Source: Hydrolagus affinis | Lineage: Eukaryota | Assembly (NCBI GenBank): GCA_012026655.1 | Contig: JAAILG010000713.1 | Location: forward strand, 1-64,000 | Length of the DNA: 64,000 nt | Direction: 5' to 3' | The notes under the pieces: generated by a model | What the model was told of the DNA's origin: nothing | Seen by the model: the letters and a program-made list of their open reading frames with translations, nothing else | Database searches by the model: none | Shown here: positions 38,233 to 52,583 of the stretch, one piece after another | Layout of the letters: the number at the start of each line of letters is the position of its first letter | How positions within the stretch are numbered: the first letter of the stretch is position 1 | Position numbers and translations under genes: made by a program

Positions 38233-38508
38233 AATAATAATAATCCTTGCTTTTGATATAGTGCTTTTCAAGTCTTCTAAATGTCTCAAAGCACTTCACA
38301 GAATATACCGTAAAGTGAATTGACTGTATATTTGTGGGTGAAACGCAGCAGCCAATTGCGCACAGCAATGTCTCACAAACAGAGAGATTATTATTAGGCG
38401 TATGGAGTAAGAAAACTTGCCCAAGGTTTCGCCCTGACCTGCCTGGATTCGAACACAGGTTTCACACTTGTAAGGCGAGTGCTCTAACCACTGATCTACA
38501 GGACTCCA
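38233..38508 (-). mobile_element. tRNA-derived SINE with internal deletion
   Basis: Head (B box intact) and tail are present. The gtcgtggattgaaatgacc segment is missing. Confidence 0.85.
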
Positions 38509-40317
38509 CAATGGTGGAAGGTGCACTGGATGGACATTGGGTCTTTATTCCTCCAGCATTTCCAAAGTTCCTCAAAGACAGAAGAACATCATTTGGCCCA
38601 TATTGCCTGTTGCTCTTTGAAAATGCAATCAATTCAGTCACATTCACTTGACATTACATCCCTGCAAATTTTAGCACTACAGCAGTCTATTAGCAATTCA
38701 CCGCATTGCTGTCCTATGAAGATTATGGTCACCTGGCTTTTTGCTGCCTGTGCAGCTAGGAGCACCCTACCTGTTTAGGGCTTTGCTTTACTGGGTTAGC
38801 TTAACATCAGCCGAGTGGGAATCTTGTTAGGAATGCCTACGGAATTGTGATCCATTAAAAGCAAGAAGGACTCATTTACATTCGGAGAGAGATCAGGAAG
38901 GAAGAAATTTCGTGGAGAAAATTTGCCGAAATTCTTTTCTTTAAATAAATATCACCCTGCGTTCTTTGCACCAGCTTTCAGAAGCTTGTGTTTCACGCTC
39001 ACAGGTTTTGTGGAAGGTTTCTCATGTCAAATCCACTCGCCCACTGCGTGAATCGGAAAACGAGGGATGGAGTCTGACACCACTCTTCTTAACACAAAAG
39101 ATGGAATGGAGTATTTTCAACCGCGCTCCACTTGGAACCCTGTTCGGGTTGAGTGAGGTTAGCAAGGAGGCGAGACTGAGACAGTAAAGATCACTGTCCA
39201 TTTGATTAGTAAATCTCTGCGTTAAGTTTATCACTTGTCCCAATTATGACATCAACCCGAAATTCACTCAAAAGCAATCAATAAATTATAAATTATCGGT
39301 GAGGCGTCGGGATTAGGTGGAGTGGGGGGTGTGGGGGTGGGGGTTTTGATCTTGCCTCAAAACTAAAAATAGCAAAATTCTACCCAGATCTTCTGTTTCC
39401 GCAACATAACATGAGCTGGGATAAAGATCTTTGTTAATTTGGCAAAGGCTATCGTCCATCCCAGAGCCCTCCCGCCCGAAACAATGAGAGGAAGAAGTTG
39501 AGAAAGTTATTTTGTGTATTCTCCAGATTTTACAGGCCTGTCATTCTTCCAGGGACAAAACACTGTTTAAAACTCTGGAGGAGGAAAGCTTAGCCTTATT
39601 GTGAAGGAAAATCGGCTAGATAAAGATCGTCCAAAACACAGCTTTGTTTCCTGTGTCAACAGGAGCCTTGTGGAAAAGTTACCCTCATCAGATTAAAGAA
39701 ACAAAACACACACAGATAGGCCTTGTTTTGGAATAAAACTATCAGGAATAGAGCTCATTTTCAGCTGTAGCAAGGCAGCAGCAAAAAGAGGGTCCATATT
39801 CGTTTACAGAGGTTTCCGATGCCCCTTCCTTTCGCCAGGGCAGGTGTTCTGAAAGAATGAGATCAGATGGCTCAAAGGGAGTTCTTCATCCAAACCAATC
39901 TTGTGATTATTCAAACTCCTGAAAAAGGCCCTTTGGTCCATTCGATTTCGTATTTCCACTCCATTCCCGACCGCTGTTCTATTTAGCCCATTACACTGAG
40001 CCAGGTTTCACATGGCATTCGAGCCCTCCCTCTAACACTTTCTCTTGCATAAATATCTCAACAATGTGAATAATGCAGTCTCATTATTCTTTGCTAATTA
40101 AATTCTTGCTGCACTTTAAGTATTCCGATTCAGCGTGTGATTTTTGCGGAATAGCTGTTTGATTACTGAATGAAACCTCACTGATTTAAAGGAACTGTAA
40201 TTATGTAACTGGGGAGAGTTGAAGGGATTTGGACTGCAACCCTCCAGTTGGCTGTGAAGCCTTAGAACTGATGGGGGAAACAGTGAGCGCATCCACCTTA
40301 TATGGAGTATGTAGTAA

Positions 40318-40675
40318 GTTTTGTAGGGTATTAATTAGAGCGCCTGCCTCACGAGTGAGAGGACCTGTATTCGATTCCAGAGCATGGTGAAACCTTGGGC
40401 AAGTTTCCTTACTCAACATGTCTCTGTTTACCTAGCAGTAAGTAGGAACTCAGATGTTAGTCAATTGGTGGATTACATTCCAGGTGTAATAATCCCTTAA
40501 AACAATTCATTAAAAAAATACATTGGGAACTTAATCTATGGTTGTTTGTGTGATACTGCTATGTGCAATTGGCTGCTGCTTTTCACCCACAAAGTATACG
40601 TTCAGTTCATTTTACTGTTTATTCTGTGAAGCACTTCAAGACGTGTTAAGGTGCAATATCAAATGCAAGGGTTTT
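40318..40675 (+). mobile_element. tRNA-derived SINE, long form
   Basis: ccttgggcaagtttccttactcaacatgtctctgtttacctagcagtaagtaggaac segment, body and tail. Confidence 0.8.
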
Positions 40676-42462
40676 CAAAAATATAATGCAATGCATGGTT
40701 CACCTGTAGATGTTAATCGTCATAGTGTCCAAAGACTTCCCAGATTTTCCATCAGAAGTCAGGATAATTTTGGTAATCTGTGTTCGTTAAAACATACCAT
40801 CTCTTTTAGTGTGAAATCACGTAATGTGGCATCTTTCAATTGATCATCTTATTGAATGTTTACCACAGCGATCGATTGGACCTCTGAATCCTCGTATACC
40901 AGCATACACCTCCCAACTCCAGTTCCCAGTCAGCTTTTTGTCTTCTCAGATCCATGGAAGAGCACATCATCAAATCTCCAATCAAATAATTTCTCTCCAT
41001 TACTTTACAAAAGGAGTTATTCTTTCCTCCCGGACTGGCTCGGGGTGGTGTTGGGATGGGGAGGATGGTAAAAGGTAGTGATTGAGTGAATTGAGTAATT
41101 GTTGAATTACTCCAGCTCAGCTAGTGTGGTAGTTGATTGATCTTGCCACCTCTTGGGTTAGAGAGAAGAGAGTTCCCTCGGTCACCTCACCAGAACCTGC
41201 TTAAATTCCTATCCCTTAAGAATTTATATTCTGGGAGATTTGGTGGCAGACAGGACTGCGGTTGCACGGCAGAGATAAGCAATCTGATCTGATTCCATCT
41301 GTTTATTTGCAGTTCAGAGGGTTTCAACCATGCGACAGGCAGAAGGGTTTTCAACGGAGGGAAACACAGGAAAAGGGGAGCTAATCTCAGGGGAGGGTGG
41401 TGGGGGGTGTGATGGTAAAAGGAGAAGACAGGGATGTTGTGGGGAGGAGGGGGAAACAGGAGACCACTATTATATCTTCCATCTAAACATCCTCATTAGT
41501 AAAGCTCACCGATGGATTGTTCTCAATGTCTCGTTGGCTGCATTGCTCTCCGGGGACTAAACACATATGTGACACAAAGCAGCTGCTCCAAACATCAATG
41601 ACCCATTATTCCGGCTCCATCTTTGCAGCGAATGCCCCAGGGAGAGAGGATTGCACCAATTTGATCCTGACCTCCAGGGCAGGTTGCCCTCTCCTGTCCT
41701 CCCAGTGTTCGGTGATCCTGCTCGTTCCCGTTAATGATCTTTTTTCCTTGCATCGGAGACCGCCGAATGTTCTAATACTGATTTAATGTGTGGGCGCCCC
41801 GAATTCCACCTGCTCCTAGCCCTCGGCAGACTGCCTTTGTCTCAGAGTTTATCATTGTGAAGAACTGCGCGAAATTCTCCAATTCTGTCTTAACATTAAC
41901 AATAGTAATTCTTGATTAGATACAATACCTTATCACGTCATTGAGACGTTTCAAAGGGTTTCACGGAATAAGTTGACCGCGTATTTTGTGGGCGAAACAC
42001 GGCAGCCAATTGCGCACAGCAGGTTTGTTCAAAATTTTAGCTTGAGGTTTTTTTCCCCCCCCTCTTGCAGCTTTAAAAAAGAAATCGAATCTGGGCTGAA
42101 TGGAAAAATGATTCCCTGATTCTGATTCCCCGATTCTGGCTGGGTGCGCTGTAGGAAGCTGTGGTGGAAACAAAATGCATCCATGTATTCAAGAGGCAAT
42201 ATGACACAAACATGAGGGTGGAGGGAATAGAGGGTCACTGGTGATGGGAATAAGATGGGTGGTTTATAAGAAGCGCCACGCTAATAATACTAATAATCCT
42301 TGTATTTAGTATAGCTGCTTATCACCTTGCCGAGTTAGAACTCTGTGGAATGAAAAATCCTCTTAGGTTACTCAACCACATGCTCCGGTTGTTATCGGAG
42401 GTTTGGGGTTGGGTCGAAGAATGAGCCAGTAAATACTAACTCAGCACATCAGATGAGCTCAT

Positions 42463-42600
42463 GCTCCCCTCCCCCCACCTCCTCTCCTCTCCCCACTCCT
42501 CTTCTCTCCCCTCTCCTCCTCTCCATTCTCCTCTGCTCTCCCCTCTCTTTTGCTCTCTTCTGCACCTCTCCAACTCGCCTCCCTTCTCCTCTCCTCTACT
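42463..42600. repeat. Polypyrimidine/polypurine low-complexity tract (CT-rich)
   Basis: About 140 bp of almost pure C/T on the + strand. Confidence 0.85.
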
Positions 42601-43306
42601 GGTGGGGAGTGGGGTCCACTGGTTTATCTCACACAAAAGACAGAAGCGTCTAAACAAGATACAGTTTGATTATAGACTGGTGCCGAAATTATTCTTTTAT
42701 TTTAAGAAGGAACAGTTGACAGGTCAGTGTTCAACAGAACTTCAAACATACTGATAGGAAGCGATATATAAATAGAGTCGGCTGCTTATAGTCAGTGCTG
42801 ACTGCAACCCTTGTATACTGGCCAACTCGTTCCTGTATTTCATTCCTACCCCATTGTTCTGCGTTCTGACGAGAGTGAGACAGGAAACATAATGCAAAAT
42901 GATAATATATTGTTGTGTTTGGGAATGCGTATTCAAGACACAGTCACTACACTTTAAAGCAAATCCCATGAAGTACTTTGAGACGTCCTCCTGACGTGAA
43001 AGGCTCTGTTTATTATTGTTGCAACTAGTGCCTTGATTACGTCAAAGCGCTTCATAGGGTTTATTGTGAAGTGCAGTGACTGTGTCGTTGAAGGCGGACA
43101 CTTTATATCAGCAGAGAAGGAAATATTGAGAGACTTCTGGAAGAGAAAATTCCCTGCGTTAGAATACAATGTGCTTTCTCTCCCTTCAGAGGGGCCCTGA
43201 TCACTAACAACATCAAGTATTAAGTACAGGTTGTATCACTCTGAGTAACTCTATAAATTTCTAACTGTTCAAGGAGCAGCAAAGTGATGTTTAATGAAGG
43301 AGGCTT

Positions 43307-43613
43307 TGGAGTCCTGCAGCTCAGTGGTTAGAGCACTCGGCATGCAAGTGAGAGACCTAGGTTCAATCTGAGACAGGGTGAAACCTTGGGCAAGTTTCCT
43401 TACTCCATATCCCTGATAATAATCCCTAAAAAAAAAATTATATATTAGTAATTTCAATCCATGACTGTTTGTGGGAAACTACTGTGCACATTGGTTGCCG
43501 CATTTCACCCACGAAAATATGCAGTCACTTCACTTTACAGTATATTCTGTGAAACCCTTTGAGGAGTCTAGAAGATGTAAACAGCGCTATTACAAGCGCA
43601 AAGATTATTATTA
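43307..43613 (+). mobile_element. tRNA-derived SINE, full length
   Basis: tggagtcctgcagctcagtggttagagcac...aagattattatta. Confidence 0.88.
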
Positions 43614-44109
43614 CATCACAATGCCGGCTTGAGTCGGCTGAAAGGTTTTCTGACATTTCATCCACAAAATATACGGTCAATTCACTTTACAGGATATTCA
43701 GTGAAACGCTTTGAGACTTCTCGAACACCTGATAAGGCGCTATATCAAGTGCAAGGATTATTATTACTATTACCCAGTGATGCCACTTCTGTGCCATGCT
43801 ATCTACCGCTCATTAACCTTGGTAATCAGAACACATGGTTCAATATGAGTGAAACGTCATCTGGGCTGAAGCCTTCGGCAGTGTCTGTAGAATCCTCTGC
43901 AAAGGATCCTTGGGGGGCAACTTCAAAATCTTCTGTATGAATTATTCTTCTGTATGAATATGCACAGTCTGATACTTTGCCAGCTGATGACTTGGGACTA
44001 AAACTCCGAGGAAGAATAAAGGACGCAGTGGGATCTTCTTTTGCTCCTTTAGCCAGGAAGATATCAAGTAGCGTTTCCAATCTCTAAGGGTAATGTTGCC
44101 TTTGTATGT

Positions 44110-44600
44110 CAGTCTGGATGAACACTGTTTCCTCTGAGTCAGATGGCTGTGAATTCAAGTCTCATGTCGGGGCTCTGAACTCACAGCCCAGGCTGACACT
44201 CCAATGCAGTGCTGGGTGAAGTGCCACGTTGATGGAGGTGCTGTCCTCGGGATGAAACGTTAAACTGAGGGCCCCCCTGTGCCTGGTCGGGTGAACGTCA
44301 AAACATCCCGCTGCTCTATTCGTAAAGAGAAGGGAGTTTCTCTCTCTCCATGTGCCCTAGAAAGCATTCCTCCAAATTAAAATTGGTCATTCACTACATG
44401 ACATTTGCGGGACTTGGCTGCGTGCAAATTTGTTGCCACGGTCAACAACAGCAGCAACAACTTGCATTTATATAGCGAACTTCGCACAGGTAGCGCCCTG
44501 AAGCACTTCAAAATACACAGTCACTACACTTTGCTGTATATCCTGTGAAGTGCTTTGAGGAGACGTTCCTATGGGAAAGCCAAGGATTCAAATTCAAGTA
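44110..44600 (+). mobile_element. Deu-domain SINE, near full length, with an L2-tail fragment inserted near 44445-44510
   Basis: cctctgagtcagatggctgtgaattcaagtc...ggtgctgtcctcgggatgaaacgttaaactgagg...gctgcgtgcaaattt. Confidence 0.75.
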
Positions 44601-46004
44601 CTGTATTATCATTGTTATTATTACTGTTTTAAAACAGAGCTTGCTTTGTGTGATATTGATTGACATATGCAAAGATCCCGGATACAGTAGCTAGAGGCAC
44701 CACCATATCCCCTTATCGAAAGCCAACTGACTGTGAAGAGTACAGTACTGGATGGTATATTATTGAAATAGATAGAGAATATAATGTGTTTACTGGAGTA
44801 ATTACAAAGCCCTAATCTCATTGTGGATTTCAGACATGATTATAACCTTGCTTTACAACCGTCGTGCATCCTGAAATGAGATTCCAATTTTGCTGCAATG
44901 CACTGAATATTTTTCTTTTCCAGTTTTCTGCACATGCGCTCCTCCCATCACCTCTATGTGCAAATTGGCTACAAAATTCACCTTCAAAATACCCAGCCAC
45001 TACACTTGGCAGTGTCCCGTTACGTGCTTTGAGACATCGGGATCCCCCACCCCCACCCCCTACACCCCCAACATGAAAGGTTCTGTATAAATGTAAATTG
45101 TATTATTCTGTAATGCAAATGGGCGCTTGCAATGTTATCCCATATAAAATAATAATAATCCTTACATTTGATATTGCACTTTTCACATCTTATCGACGTC
45201 TCAAAACGTTTCACAGAATATACTGTAAAGTGAATTGACTGTGTATTTATGGACGAAATGTGGCAGCAAATTGTGTACAGCATTTTCCCACAAACAGTCG
45301 TGGATTGAAATGACCAATTTTTTATTATTGTGTGTATTTTTTGATAGATTATTATTATTAAGAATAACATAACGTTTCCCATATTTGATAAGGAGAAAAT
45401 ACCTTGTCTTTTCAAATAATATTGTGGGTCCTTTAACATCCACCTGAAGAGTCATGTGAGAGCCTTGGTTTAATGTCTCACCTAATGGATGGCACCTCCA
45501 GTTATACAGTGTCCCAGTGGCATGAACGCACAGTTCATCTTATTTTTTGGTGAGTCACAAAAACAAATGAATGTGTTGCCGCGATCTTGGGATAACCGCT
45601 TCCGCTCCCTGAACCTGGATTCATTCAGGCAGAAAACTCACGCACCAGAAAGAGAAAATTCTTTGCTGGAGTAATTCTGGGGAATATGTCTTAGCCTGAC
45701 ACCTGGATTGAAGCCAGAATCAGGTGCGCTGCTAAAGAGGTTTAATTTGTGGCTGAAATGATGAGCCACTTAATGCATATTAATGAAAAAGCTTCATGCA
45801 GTGGTTACAGAGTCCTGACTAGGAGCTGGCGTGGGCCTGAACAGCTCTTACTCCGAGCAAAATTGAGTGTCAGCACAAGTAAAGTATTGGATGAAATGAA
45901 AGCGCTTCAAAAGCGCTTTAAAGAATCTACTGTAACGTGAATTGATCAATTTATTATTATTGTGTTTTTTTTGGAGGGATTATTATTATTAAGAATAACA
46001 TAAC

Positions 46005-46205
46005 GCTTCCCGAGAGTTGCAAGGGCAGCAGAAGGCGCGGTCGCAGAGGAGGGTCTTGCGACCCGTGTTGAATCAGGTGAGGGAGGGAGCGAGGTGACGG
46101 GGCTGTGGGATGGAGTTCCACAGTGTGAGGGCAGAGAGGCTGAAAACTCGTCCGCCGATGGTAGGGCGGGTCGGGCGGGGGACATGGAGCAGGACGGAGC
46201 CCACT
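46005..46205 (-). mobile_element. L2 LINE 3' fragment
   Basis: PTIGGRVFSLSALTLWNSIPQP motif on the - strand. Confidence 0.75.
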
Positions 46206-49200
46206 GAGATCCCATTGTTTAATGGGAAGGGAGTTTCTCGTGTTATTCTATCCAAGCATCCCCGGGACGAAATTGGTCATGGATGTGTTATGAGGACTTT
46301 GCTGCATGTAAATCGGCTGCCGCGTTCGTCCACAAATACGCAGTCGCTACATTCCATTGCACAGAAATTTCCCGAATGCGCTTTGAGACATTTCGACTTG
46401 ATAGGCGCTGTCTTAAAATCATAGATTGCTATGTTATATTACAGTATTAGTAATAATCTTATTGTCCTGATAGGCATTAAATCCACAAGGACAAGCAGAC
46501 TTGAATGCTCGAGGTGCCATGGAAATAAATACCAGTACGTCAACCAGTATGAAAGGGAATATTATTTTTTTATAGTTATGATCAGCAGTCATATGTTGCA
46601 GCAATTTTTCATCCAACAAACAAAGGGCTGACTTTGTATCTCTGTTACCTCCTCTTTATATCGCTAATACCACACTTGCATTGCCATAGCAACAGGTACT
46701 GATATGCACATACCCTACAGCAGGACACCATCAATAAAAATTCTCATGAAAAACTACATTCCCGGATCATGTAAGGTTGCAGGAGGCACGGAATTCAAGC
46801 TAGTCTTAGCCCACGATACCCTTAGCCCTGCTTGTCTTAAGTTCTAAGTTACCGCAGAATCGTGGAAAAGCTTTTAAGTCCAGGCTTGATATGGAAATAG
46901 ATTTTCTTTTCGCATCTCTTCACCAGTTCTGCACAACCTTAAATATTAACAGAAAATGGTCTCACGAGGAGGAATTTCAGGCCTGTTGGTTTGGGGACAC
47001 AATAGAATTGTATACATAGAGTTGCGTACAGTACAATACATTGTACCAGACATCCCTTTCGCACTCCCACAGCTACTTTATGATTTAACCCCTCTTTTAA
47101 TATGGTAAACCTATAGGTTTATAGGTTGCACATGATTGAGCCCAGCAGATCAGCTCAATGAAGCTTTTAAACTGGGGCGAAGTTGAGCAAACGAACTACT
47201 GTAGTACAATATTGATTCTGCGTGTTCGACATAGCGCCTTAGCACGTGGTCTAGATGTCTCAAGACGCTTCACAGGATTTACGGTAAAGTGGAGTGACTG
47301 AGTATTTTGTTGGTGAATGAATGTGGCAGCCAAGTTGTGCACAGCGACATCCCTCAAAAAAGACTGGGGGGGATTGTTCGTCAAATACCCTTTCTCGTTG
47401 CCTTCACGTTTTGAGTGGTGCGCCTTGGGGGTCATTAACGTGTCGCCCAAACGGGCAGACGGGGCCTCGGTTTAATGTCTCATCCAAAGGATTCAGCACT
47501 AATCGGGCTAGCCTAGACTTGCGAGTTCCAAATATAACACAGAAATTTCTGGCTGAATATGGGTCATCAGACTGGGCAATCAATGGCTTCACCATCTGGC
47601 AAGTTGATGTAACGGTTCACATGAGATTCATGATACGCATTGAATAGCGAGCATTAATGGAGCAGTGGTTCAGCTAACATCGTGTGCATTGTTGTCAACC
47701 GAGCAAGTGATGAATACATATATTTGGTGACCCCCACTGATAATTAGCCTCCAAGGCAGTATGATTAGGCAGTTCATTTTCTTCATGAGGATTTATATGC
47801 GGAAGTAATGAGGAGCATCCCGAGAGCTGGAGCATTTGGGATAATAAATGTCCCATTCCTTCATGGCAATTGTTTCCATTGTGGTGGATGAGATTTCGCT
47901 GTAACCCATCACTTTCAGAAAGTACGAGAGGCGCAATATTTCAAGTACTCTGGGATGTTGTTGGTGTTGTTGATGTTACATAGAGCCCGAATAATAATAG
48001 TCACATATGATACCACGCCTTAGACAGCGGAAGGACATCCCACTAGGGCTTATTAGTAATAATAATAATCCTTGCATTAGATACAGCGCCTCATCACATC
48101 TTCGAGATGTCTCAAAGCACTTCACAGAATTTGCTGTAAAGTGAATTGACTGTATATTCTGTGTGCAAAACGGTATAGTGACCGAGTTTTTTGTAGGCAT
48201 AGGCAGCGGCTAATTTGCACACCGTAATGAGGTGAGTTTTTGAAGAGTGCCATGGGTTTGTTTCACCTCTGCCTGAACCCTGGTTCAACATCTCACCCGA
48301 AGGATGGCATCCTCACAATAATGCCCTAACACCAGTCATTTTATTTTACTAACAATAATAATAATCCTTGCATTTGATACAGCGCTTTTCACATCTGCAA
48401 GATGTCTCAAAGCACTTCACAGAATATACTGTAAAGTGATTTGACTGTATATTTGTGGGTGAAATGCACGTCCAAAATGTTTTTCATTTGGCGCACTGCT
48501 CTATTCCTGTGTCTTGTCTGCGCGGAAGGGTTAAAGAGAAAATCGTGGGGTCGTGTGATTTCAAATCCAACAGCAAAGCATCGAGTGGAGGCTTTTGCAA
48601 GCGGGGTGATGTTTCCGCACTTAACACCGGCATGTTTCCGGGGAAATGTGTAAGGAGCAGAGAATCGCAGCTGTGGTGTTAGAACAAGCGAGCTTGCAAT
48701 AAACCGGGAAAAGTCGACAGGGGAGTGGTGGGGGGTGAGTGGGGGGATAACGGGGAGGGAGGTGGGGGGGGGAATGAATCACATCATCATCCATTTAGAG
48801 GCAATGGTTTTTTCTCTCATCTGACAAATACCCAAAGTCTACAGATTCTACAAGAATTGCAAGCAGGAATATGATGAAAACTATCTAATGCATTGTTAAT
48901 AGCCAAACAAACTCTGCCTCTCTGCGCATCCTCTATTCCCCTACCCGAAGCTCCCCACCGGCTTGTGATTGACAGGAACAATAGAAGCCGCTCTCCACCG
49001 TAAGATAAGGTCAGGCAGGAGTCTTGTATAATAGATTAATGGTTGCTATATATTTGTAATGAGCGTGTTAGCTTCTCGAAAGGTGGACTGTGAATGAGAG
49101 GCTCCCAGTTTGGATGGTGGGTTCACTGTCCTTTGCTTAGGAATCCAGCAGCTTGTGGCAGGGACGGGTAATGAGATGTTGAGCCATCCCAGCTGCACGC

Positions 49201-51029
49201 TGAAGGCTATCGGAGTCTGCAGGCATTAATTGAGGAAGGCAACGGAGTGTGACGGATCCCTGGGATTTGCACTGGGATTTGCGGTAGCCTCGGATGTAAA
49301 GTGTTCTCTGGTGGTTATTTGTAACCCAGGCCACAGCGTGGCTCCTAATCCGACCCAAAACAGTGGTTCGCTTTTTTCTTCTCTGCCTATCTCAAGCACC
49401 GTATGTTCCTTAAATCTCTCCGGGAAGTAGGGACGACATGTATTTAGCAATATCAGCACCTCCCGACCATGAAAGGCACAATACAAATGTAATATTGTTG
49501 TTGTCATCACCGTTTTAATCCCCTTTGTGTGAAATGGTTATCATGCTCACAGTGATTACCATGCACACATAAATGCATACGCACATGCACACACACACAA
49601 ACACACACACGTAGGCAATGGTTATCGTACTGAGAAACGTTACACCAACATTCTGGCCAACAATCCTCCCAGCAAATTAGGCATTTACTTCATAGATCTC
49701 GCCGTGTACAAATTGGCTGCCTGGTTATAATAAATAATAATAATCCTTGCATTTGATATAGCAGTTTTCACATCTTATCGACGTCTCAAAGCACTTCACA
49801 GAATAAATTGCAAAGTGAATTGGCTGTATATTTGTGGGCAACTTTGTGGTTCGCCTACAAATACACAGTCACTACATTTGACAGCCATTACCTGGCAAAG
49901 TGCTTTGAGACCTTTCAATATTGTAGACACCAGATCAGATACAGGGATTATTATTATTATTATACTATTTACAGTTCAGATCATTCTGGAGAGGTAGTTT
50001 CCAAGTGTTTTTCGGTGACGTGAGTCAACCAAAGCAATAATTGCCATGTCCCGTATGAATGGACGTTGTTGTTTTTTTTAGTATGTTTGAACCTCCGAAA
50101 AATGTTTCGCAGGAAATTGATATTGTGTTCACCAGGTATTTTGTCAATAATAATAATACAAATTTTTATCATAATAATAATTATTATTGCGGCGCATGGT
50201 TTGAGCTCCGCGCACAGTGTGATGTGTGGTTTGTCTAAACCCGTGTTCTTTCAGCGGCAGTGCTAATGAATACAGCTATTGTGGACAGGACACACAGTTC
50301 TGGTAATTAGAGATCTGGTCACCACGGGATTCTGAAAACAACTCCAAATTACGTCTGGGACAGGCTCGGAAACCCACAGGCGTTTTATGAATGGTGCTGA
50401 AGCCTACAGAATGGCTCGCTCGGCGTTGAAGGTCCAACAGTGGTTTGGCGCCGTGTCAACGATTGGGTGCGTTTGCAAAGATCCTTTCACTCTCTTGCCA
50501 GCCGCCACTGAACAGGAGGTGGGGGGTGGGGGGTTGTAGGGTGGGGGGGGTTAGGTTAAGGGCTGTGGTCTTGCCAGCTCTTGCTCAGGGTGATGAATGA
50601 ACGAAGCTTCGCTTTTGTGTCGAGTCAAAGGAGTTTCCATTGTCCGTGGCGAGGTGGGCTGGGGGGATGTTATAAGAATTGGATACAAGGATTATTATTG
50701 TGTTTTGACAAAACTAGAATTAGCTCCTAACCACAGTGAGTGATCTGTTGCCCACACTGCGGTCGAACCTCGCTGACTGTTGCCACGGAGACGTTAACAA
50801 CCACCGTCCCCAAGGGAGCGGCATGCCGGGAATCACTCCAGCTGAAGAAAATAAACTCAGAACGAGCTTAGGGAGAAAAAATAATACACCATTGCCTCTT
50901 GGGCGTCCTGTTTTGGAGCTGCTCACTGCTACTTCAGAACTCACACAACAATTCACACAATGTACACACAACAACCACACCACAAAATTACACTCGTACA
51001 GCGCCTCACACGTGCGCTAAACTCCGTAG

Positions 51030-51205
51030 GCTCACCACACCAGTCCCTGCCAGGCTCCTCTAGCTCCCTATCGCCAAAAGGATCAACTTCCAAGACCCTT
51101 ACACTCGTCCGCAAGCCCCTTCAAGCTCTGGCACCTCCCTACCGTCCTGACCTGCTTACTCCCCATTCCGCCGCCTGCCACCTCGGCTGGCTCCGGCCTC
51201 CTGCT
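51030..51205 (+). mobile_element. L2 LINE ORF2 C-terminal fragment
   Basis: Degenerate TPV..L.LPIAKRINF/KTLTLVRKPLQALAPPYRPDLLTP motif. Confidence 0.65.
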
Positions 51206-51454
51206 TAATTAACCCCATTGATACTCTTACATATATTTCCCCGATCCACGACCATTTATCAACAACAACAGAATGATATCTGTAGAGCGACTTTCACGTC
51301 GGGCGGACGTCCCGAGGCGCCGGAAGTTTATGGGACGTCGCTGTGCGCAATTGGCTGCTGCGTTTCGCCCACAAAATACCCGGTCACTCCACTCTACAAT
51401 GTATTCTGTGAAACGCTTCGAGACGTCGCAACGGCGCGATAAGGCACTATATCA

Positions 51455-51690
51455 AATAACAACGACAACAACAAAGTTACACTCGTATAGCGCCTTTCAC
51501 GTCAGGAGGACGTCCCAAGGCGCTGGACAGTTACTGCTTCAGACCCGATCTGAGGATGGGGGAAGGGAAGGGGGGATTAGAATCGAAGTGGAGAGTCTTG
51601 AAGCGGGACTTGAAGGAGGCCTGGGAGGGGGCGAGGCGGAGGGACTGCGGGATGGAGTCCCGGAGTTTGGGAGCAGAGTGGCTGAAGGCT
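51455..51690 (-). mobile_element. L2 LINE 3' end (tail type B)
   Basis: AFSHSAPKLRDSIPQSLRLAPSQASFKSRFKTLHF, followed by the tail ctgtccagcgccttgggacgtcctcctgacgtgaaaggcgctatacgagtgtaactttgttgt. Confidence 0.8.
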
Positions 51691-52447
51691 ACAAGAATTA
51701 TTACGATCACCATCGCCTCAGAAAGGATTGGGAGTAAGCTATAGGGTTTCAATTACTTAATTATTTGAAGGCTTCGATAAATATTTAGTGTGAGGATAGC
51801 CCCCCGGCTCTGTATAGACTGGGTGACCGGCGAACACATCATTGCTGTCAGGAAATGTAATGTACGTTGTTCAGGGCAAAACAATGAGACAGACGGTCCT
51901 TCCTTTGTCTCCGCTGTGTGTGTGTGTAGCTTCTGCAGTAACAGCAGGGGAGTGGCACAGCTCTTTGTCTCCCTGATATTGACCATTGTGATTTATTAGC
52001 CCAGTTTGACTATGAAGCCTTCATCGGGACAACCAATAATAGCTGCATTTGTATCTTTTTGTACAACAAAGCACCAACGAGTATTTGACAGACCGGCTCA
52101 GTTTTTTTTTGTAAGAAGGGAGCATTCATTTCTCAGCCACAAAAGCCCATTCTGATGCAGTCAAGCCTTTCAAATAGATAACGAAATAAACAAATAATAC
52201 ATAGCAATTGGCGGACGGGTAACCAGAAACAATGGTGGGTAATGTAATTCATGGGCCATGGGATTCCACCTAACCTCAGCCTGTAAAACACTATTTTTTG
52301 CCTTAATAATAATACAGTAATAATAATAATCACTGATAGCTCTTTCCTACAGCCAGCATAGCCACAATGGGCTGCAGGATTCTGTGATTTCTATCGGAAT
52401 GATTCTATAAGATGAAGCCAATGCTTAACAAGCCCTTTCATTATCAG

Positions 52448-52583
52448 TTTGATACGGAGCAGGTGGACCCACGAGGGAGGACACCACTGCATCTCGCTGC
52501 CACGCTGGGATACGTGGACTGCGCGAGGGTTTTGCTGAAGCATGGCTCTGATGTTGGTAAAGAGAACCGAAATGGATGGACAG
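52448..52583 (+). CDS. ANKRD13B: ANKRD13B coding exon 2, ankyrin repeat ([45 protein letters not shown])
   Basis: Acceptor ctttcattatcag| with branch-like CTTAAC about 20 nt upstream. 136 nt, donor G|GTACAG, phase 1. Ankyrin TPLHLA motif, in frame with exon 1. Confidence 0.96.

Larger units (their letters stand above)
579..52447 (+). other. ANKRD13B: ANKRD13B intron 1 (51,869 bp, GT-AG)
   Basis: Bounded by the exon 1 donor and exon 2 acceptor. The joined protein (…SNKQ|FDTEQVD…) aligns without a gap to ANKRD13B as I recall it, so no coding exon appears to be missing. Confidence 0.9.

Noticed and set aside
42866-42895. CTGACGA...GAAAC, a possible hammerhead core (other CTGANGA words also checked)
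   Set aside because: No stem II or stem III pairing. I found no intact hammerhead in the window by eye.
579-52447. Recursive splice sites in the 52-kb intron
   Set aside because: No polypyrimidine tract followed by AG|GTRAG was seen by eye. A computational scan would be needed to exclude them fully.
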